This document shows positions 52,802 through 64,000 of a stretch of DNA of 64,000 nucleotides, piece by piece (positions within the stretch are counted from its first letter, which is position 1; each line of letters starts with the position of its first letter). Origin of the DNA: the human T2T-CHM13v2.0 reference genome, Homo sapiens; the NCBI RefSeq assembly GCF_009914755.1, contig NC_060943.1; one strand, 5' to 3'. The position numbers and the translations under genes were made by a program. A model generated the notes under the pieces. That model had not been told where the DNA came from, searched no databases, and saw only the letters and a program-made list of their open reading frames with translations.

Positions 52802-53672
52802 TGAGTAGCTAGGATTACAGGGGCCCACCACCACGCCCGGCTAATTTTTGGGGTATTTTTAGTAAAGATAGGGTTTTACCATGCTGGCAAGGCTGGTCTT
52901 GAACTGACCTCAGGTGATCCACGCCCCTCAACTTCCCAAAGTGCTGGGATTACAGGTGTGAGCCACCGCGCCCAGCCTCTATGGAGTATATAATCTTTTT
53001 TTTTTTTTTTTCTTGAGACAGTTTGCTCTGTTGCCCACGCTGGAGTGCAGTGGCACAGTCTAGGCTCACTGCAACCTCCGCCTCCCAGGTTCAAGCAAGT
53101 CTCCTGCCTCAGCCTCCCGAGTATCTGGTATTACAGGTGCATGCCACCACACCTGGCTAACTTTTATTTTTAGTAGAGATGGGGTTTTGCCATGTTGGTT
53201 GTTGACCAGGCTGGTCTCAAACCCCTGACCTTGTGATCCACCCACCTCGGCCTCGCAAAGTGCTGGGATTAGAGGCATGAGCCACGGTTCTCGGCCACGT
53301 ATATACCTATTCTTAACAGTCCCTGACCAAAGGATGTTGTGCTCTAGTCATGTTGGGGGGGGCCTGGACATATTTATATAGTACTCACACGTCATCAGCA
53401 AATAAGGTTCCACAGGCAAGTTGTTTGCAAATGAAGGAGTTATAGACCCTGCCTTTATTCTGTCTGTTGACTCATTTAGTCATGCCCTTGACAATATGAG
53501 GCCTTCTATATCTGTGATAATGCTAAGCAGCCCCAACCTCAACCTGAACCCAACTCCCTGTTTGTGCAAATAATTCCATAGACTAGTTTTTTGGTTTGTC
53601 AGATACTCTTGTGGGTAGGCTGCATACTCAACAAAGTCAACATGTACCTCACCAGCATTTCTTTGCTTTTAG

Positions 53673-54718
53673 GTTGTTGGCATGGAGGGGAAGATGAGGC
53701 AGCACCTTCTAAGCAGAGCACGTGTATACATATATACAAAGACCAGGGAGGTCATAGTGGAGAAAGGCCTTATGAGTGTGGGGAATATAGGAAATTATTT
53801 AAGAACAAGTCCTGCCTCACTGAACCCAGAAGAGATCACAAACACAGGAATGTTCGCACTGGAGAAAGGCCTTATGAGTGCAGCAAATATGGGAAATTAT
53901 TTCACCAAAAGCCTACACTCCATATTCATGAGAGATTTCATACTGGGCAAAAGACCTATGAGTGCAGTGAGTGTGGAAAATCATTTCACCAAAGCTCTTC
54001 ACTCTTGCAGCGTCAGACACTTCACACTAGAGAAAGGCCTTATGAGTGTATTGAATGTGGGAAAGCCTTTGCTGAAAAGTCCAGTCTCATTAACCACAGG
54101 AAAGTTCACTCTGGAGCAAAGCGTTATGAATGCAATGAATGTGGGAAGTCCTTTGCTTATACATCTAGTCTCATTAAACACAGGAGGATTCACACTGGAG
54201 AGAGGCCTTATGAGTGCAGTGAATGTGGGAGATCCTTTGCTGAAAACTCCAGTCTTATTAAACACTTGAGAGTTCACACAGGAGAAAGGCCTTATGAATG
54301 CGTTGAGTGTGGAAAATCATTTCGCCGAAGCTCTTCACTCTTGCAGCATCAGAGAGTTCACACTAGAGAAAGGCCTTATGAATGTAGTGAATGTGGGAAA
54401 TCCTTTAGCTTAAGGTCCAACCTCATTCACCATCAGCGAGTTCATACTGGAGAAAGGCATGAGTGCGGGCAGTGTGGGAAATCCTTTAGCCGAAAATCTA
54501 GCCTTATTATACATCTGAGAGTTCACACTGGAGAAAGGCCTTATGAGTGCAGTGACTGTGGGAAATCCTTTGCTGAAAACTCCAGCCTTATTAAACACTT
54601 GAGAGTTCACACTGGAGAAAGGCCATATGAATGCATTGATTGTGGAAAATCATTTCGCCACAGTTCTTCGTTCCGTCGCCATCAGAGAGTTCATACTGGA
54701 ATGAGGCCTTATAAGTGA
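53673..54718 (+). CDS. ZNF586: ZNF586 coding exon 3: very short spacer, 3 degenerate and 8 intact C2H2 fingers
   Basis: GCTTTTAG acceptor; finger array; TGA 54716-54718; spliced CDS 36+127+1046=1209 nt, 402 aa. Confidence 0.95.
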
Positions 54719-55478
54719 AGCAAATTTTGGAAATTCTCTTGCCCAGGCTTTTTGCTCCTTCAAGGCCAGAGAGTTCACACCGGATCAAGGTGTTATGAGT
54801 GTGACAAATGGGGAATATTCTTTAGCTAGAATGCTAGCTTCTTTACATAAAAGAGTGCTCCCACTGAAGAAGTGCCTTTTGAGTGCAATGAATGTGAGAA
54901 AGCCTTCAGCCCTCTCTCATTGGTTACCACAATATTTACATGAGGAAAATACCACAGATGTGGAGGTAATATTATTTTTTCTTCAATATAACACTGGAGG
55001 AAACCCCTTATGAGGATGCCATCTGCCTAAATTGAATGTCATACATCAAATAGCTGCATACATTCCAGGTATGTGGGAACTGCATAGTATTTTTCGACCT
55101 GCCCAGGTCTCTTGCTAGACTTCTGTGACTTACAGTTCTCTTCTAAAAAGCATTTCACCTTTACCACTTGGCAGGTGCCCACAGTACATCATTCGCCTAA
55201 CTCATCATGATCCAGAAGTAACTTTGATTTTGTTTCATTCAACAGAGGGATTTTTTAGTATCCTCAGCACTCATTCTATTCTCATTTCTTTCTCTCCAAT
55301 GAGTTAGGCCATGAACCTGACTCATTTTTGGCACAGAGGACTCTTCTGATAACTTGAAAAAATGGACTACCTTTTTCAGGGATCTTTTGGATCTCACAGA
55401 ATTCTTAAGATGGAATTTTCCAGCCTGCCAGTCATGAATCTCAGACAGCCTGCCACCTATTGCCCTGATTTGTGTTAT

Positions 55479-55484
55479 AATAAA
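55479..55484 (+). terminator. ZNF586: Candidate ZNF586 poly(A) signal
   Basis: AATAAA ~760 nt after the stop codon. Confidence 0.6.
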
Positions 55485-55539
55485 GGCCTTGTTGCTTAAG
55501 ACACCTTCAGTCTTTGCAGGAGGGCATGGAAGCTCCAAG

Positions 55540-55965
55540 TGCTTTTCTCATACTTTACCCTATGCATCTCTTTATCTGCATCTTTTGTACTATTTATAAT
55601 TAACCAGTAAGTTATTTTCCCTGAGTTTTATGTGCCATTCTATCAAATTAGTCAAATCCAGTTGTGGGGTCCACGGGATTTGTGGTTTATAGCTCATCAG
55701 TCAAAAGCAGAGGCTCTGGGGCTTTGATTGTCATCAGAAATGGGAGCCTCAGTCTTGGTGACTGAGTCCTCAAACTGGGGGATGTGATGCTATCTGCAGG
55801 TAGATAATGACTGAGTTGAACTGGAGGACCCCCAGCTTGTGTCCACGGGAGGATTGCTTGGTGTGTGTGGAAAACACCCTGCACATCTGGTCACAGAATT
55901 ATTCCATATTGATTGTTGTTGTGTTGTGTGACAGACAATAGAGGAAAAGTTTATTTTTTTCTACA
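55540..55965 (+). mobile_element. MER21-family LTR fragment
   Basis: TTCCCTGAGTT.T.TG.GCCATTCTA.CAAATTA, GGACCCCCAGC, CACATCTGGTCACAGAA motifs. Confidence 0.6.
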
Positions 55966-56586
55966 CATATGCTATGGCTTCCCTTCTATTATTCCATATC
56001 TTTCAACTCCTGCCATACTATTTCTTTCTCTCCAAGTTTTTGTTCTTCCTCAGAGTTCCCATAAATGGAAAGGATACGCACTTCATTGAAATAAGAATTT
56101 CATGTTAGCCAAGTTTTCAGGATAGCCATGAGTTTCACTTAATTATCTGAGAACTTAGAGCTTACTGTCCTCTACTTACTATCCACTGAGACTTAATGTG
56201 TTCTTGGCCATCACAGAAACTTTACTAGCTACTTATGCCATTGTCAATGGATAACTCTCTGAATCCACATTAATAACTTTGTAATTAGCTTAGTCCTCAG
56301 CTGTTTTTCAGAGATAATCCCCAGTCTTCATGCAGACACTATCACTGCACCTACAGGTGAAATGATAATCACTTCCTAGCAAGGAGGTTGGATCATGGAA
56401 TACAAGATAATTTCTCAGGAATCAGATGGTCTTATTCCACACCTGCAGGAATGTCAGCATTGCAACCACCATGGCAAATATTGATTTAATAAACAATTAC
56501 TATTCCCAGATAAGTGTCAAAATCTTAGAAGAAATTGTCATATCTTAGACAATTTAGAAGTGATGGAGGGTGGATGATGAGAAATT

Positions 56587-60798
<4,212 letters not shown>

Positions 60799-60877
60799 TT
60801 ATGACCCTATGTAATGAAATGTCCATTTTGATTCGTGGCTCTTGATGGCATCTCAAATGATGTCTTAGATCTGCGAA

Positions 60878-63800
60878 GAAGCTCAGCATCACAAATTCTG
60901 AAATAAGTCTCCAAACACACGGGTAATCGGTTGCACACAGTACCCGCAGAAATGCGCGTATGGCCTCTTCTAAGATGGGGGAGCCTCCTCTGCAACTGGA
61001 CCTGGAGTTGCCATTTCCTAACGCCCGTCGCGGTGGAGCTTAGCCCCTTCTTCCGAAAGTCAGGTTGGAGGCGGCCTTTAAGCGCCGCGCGTCTCTCGGA
61101 ACTTAAATATTACCCGGAATCGTCTCTGTGAATTGGAAAGCCCACTGAAGCCTCAGAGAAGCCGCGCCATTGCGGAGGCACGTAACGTCAAGCAGGGACT
61201 TCCTGCGTCCTCGCCGCGGTGGCCATTTTGGCTTGTCAGGACCATCCACCTATGCTGCGTCTGTACCTCTTTGTCAGGACCGAGAGCGCGCGAGAGGAGT
61301 GGTTGTGCCCATTGCACACAGGCGGATCTGAGGCTTGGCGACGCCGCTGGTCGCGACCTGGGACAGGACGAGCACAGGAACCGCCTGGCCTGCGTCCCCG
61401 CCCGCGCATGAAGTCGTGGCGGCGGCCGCTCAAGTGAGCCCTGCGACCTCCAGGCCTCACCCGCCATCCCCACACAGACCCTGAGACCCCTGACTGTGAG
61501 GGGCGCTTCCTCGCGTCCTTGCAGCTCAGGCCTCTGTCAGGGACCTAGAGGCGCCGGCGGGTGGAATCCCTGTTTCCGACACCCGGTTGATGCGGTCGGG
61601 AGAGCGAGACTGGCCGAGGGACCGGCTTAGGCAAAGGCCTGGAGGCACGACTGCGCCAGGAGGATTCGGAACACAGGGACATCTTGTGTCCACTGAGAAC
61701 AAAGTATGAGTCGGAGTTATTTCCTCAGTACCAGGCTGAGGATTGATCTTTGTGAGGACCGTAGAAGCCATGGACAGTTTTGAACAAAGGAGGAAATCTG
61801 TGTTAGAGTTAAAGATTCCGAAAAGATGTTCAAAGGAAGAACGGAGTGTAAGGCGGTGATGAGGACAGTGAGGCATTGAGAGGTTGAATATTTGCTCAAG
61901 GTCACGTAGCTGGTAAGAGGTGACATTGAGCACTGGGCCACAAGATTAGAGACTCAGCCTGAGGTCACCTGGCTACAGGGCCAAAAAAAGCTTACAGAGA
62001 AACCTGAGTCTATCAAATCCCAGCAGGGACACATTCCTGAAAGCTCCGCCTTTTGGCACACCTTCTCATGGCTATGGAAGTATTTAAGGAACCCACAGAA
62101 GGAAGTATAGGATGCTCTAGTCCCTCACTGGTCCTCATCCTCACCTATATGTCTAGATCTTAATGTCCTGGGAATTTATTTATTTAGCGACAGAGTGTCA
62201 CTCTTGGTACCCAGGTTGGAGTGCAGTGACGCGATCATGGCTCAGCATAGTCTTGACCTCCCCAGGCTCAGGTGATCCTCCCATCTCAGTCTCCCGAGAA
62301 ACTGGCTAATGTTTGTGTTTTTAATAGAGACGGGGTTTTGCCATGTTGCCTAAGATGGTCGAAAACTCCTGGGCTCAAGCAATCCTCCCGCCTTGGCCTC
62401 CTAAAGTGCTGGGATTACAGGCGTGAGCCGCTGGTCTGGCCAGGCCTCCTAGGACTCTTAAGTGCAATTTCTCCTGTCCTTCGATCTGGGGATCTTGCAA
62501 AATCCTCAAACCCCAAACCTAAGTCACTGACACAGGCTATGGAGAAGTGTTTTCATGTCTGTCGACCGGTGGGAAACACATGTGGTGGATTAACCCAGGA
62601 ATGATACTGGGATGTGGAAATGGCTTAGAAGTGAAACTGGAGAGGCCGGGCGTGGTGGCTCTCGCCTGTAATCCCAGCACTTTGGGAGGTCAAGGCGGGT
62701 GGATCGCTTGAGGTCAGGAGATCTAGACCAGTCTGGCCAACATGGTAAAACCCAGTCTCTACTAAAAATACAAAAATCAGCTGGGCATGGTGGCGGGTGC
62801 CTGGAATCTCAGCTACTCGCAGGCTGAGGTGTAAGACTCCCTTGAACCTGGGAGATGGAGGCTGCAATGAGCCAAGATTGTGCCAATCTGCACTCGAGCC
62901 TGAGCAACAAAGTGAGAATCCATCGCGAAAAAAAAAAGAAAGTGAAACTGGAGGGGGTTAAATGATGTTACCAGTGTTTTAACAGGTTCTGTCTGGTTAC
63001 AGAGTGGACAACAGACTGTGGGGTTGAGGGAGGAGGAAGATCAAACTGGAAGCTACTGCCCTAGTCCAGATGCTCAAATCCTGACAGTCTTTTCCCTGAC
63101 CAGTCTCCATCCTGAAGTTATCTAGGGGTTACCAACCATCATTCAACTCATTACCATTCAAAGTCACTTATAAATTTGAGAGTTTCATGAATTTTAGGAG
63201 TTCCATGCCAGGAAAGGAGATGACCAAATATATATTTCACAATACCACAGCCATGTTAAGATTCTGAAATGTAATAGATAATACTTAGTGGAGCTATCAA
63301 ATGGGCACCTAAACCCATGGATGCAAATATCTGGGGAAGGGTTAATATTGGAGCTATCCAATATATGGTAGCCACTGTGTGGAGCAAGATGAGTGAGTCA
63401 TGGATCACATTTGGAAGGGGCAACCTTCAGATTATGGTGGTGACACTACTAGGAAGACAGGAAGTGGAGGTTGGGTTTCCTGCTTGTGTACCTGGTGATG
63501 GTATTGTACTTCAGAAAACAGGTGAGGGAGGTAAATGGCCATGAAGGGAGAATATATCTGGTAGCCTAGTTTGGCAGGTGACATAGGCTTCCAAGGAATG
63601 AATAGACATGAGATGCAAGCAGAAGCATAGGAGTAGCTGAGGGAAGATGACACTCAGCCTGGACCTTGTGCTAATTCGCCACTCTGTGGCCACACCACGA
63701 TATTGAGATGACTTTTGTGGGGCCTGGGGTGTTTCATTCAGCCTGGTGGATATGGAGGCAAATAAGGTCACCTTGTGAGAGTCACTAGGCCCGAGATTGA

Positions 63801-64000
63801 CGGCCAATGGGTCTAGGCTTTGAATGGAGTTAGGTGGACAGAAGAAAGTCATAATTTCTGAAGATAACAAATGCAGCACAGAAGTGGAATAGGGCCATGA
63901 ATACCTGAAAACACTAACGTTCTTTTTTCCTGTGGATTTATGCATGGAGGGCTTCGTATAATGACTTGGTACTACCACTGCTATTAGGAACCATTGGAAT
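60878..64000 (+). pseudogene. ZNF586-like duplicate: promoter, exon 1 (donor at 61434) and intron 1; start codon mutated; continues beyond the window
   Basis: Collinear similarity to ~44250-49650; agtcGTGgcggcggccgctcaa|gtgagc versus agtcATGgcggcagcagcc...cag|gtgagc in ZNF586. Confidence 0.8.

Overview
Primate, almost certainly human, genomic DNA from the chr19q13.43 KRAB zinc-finger cluster; gene names come from my recognition of the protein sequences, not from a database search. In order it contains: the CpG-island promoter and first coding exon of ZNF671 (minus strand, ~2.3-2.6 kb); ~19 kb of retroelement-dense spacer (5'-truncated L1PA, older L1M, solo LTR13, ERV-L gag remnant, many Alus); ZNF776 (+, 3 coding exons, 518 aa, 9 intact C2H2 fingers); a second TE block (L1 5' regions with an inverted ORF1 segment, a class I ERV pol fossil, MER41B, an LTR15-like solo LTR); ZNF586 (+, 3 coding exons, 402 aa, 8 intact fingers); and a decaying ZNF586-like promoter/exon 1/intron 1 duplicate from ~60.9 kb to the window end. 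Most short ORFs in the track are Alu/L1 artefacts. I see no new enzymatic or defence system. The most interesting signal is evolutionary: ZNF776 and ZNF586 appear to have kept complementary halves of one ancestral finger array. Several templated micro-rearrangements also sit at regulatory positions. All alignments were done by eye and repeat-family names are from memory, so they need checking.
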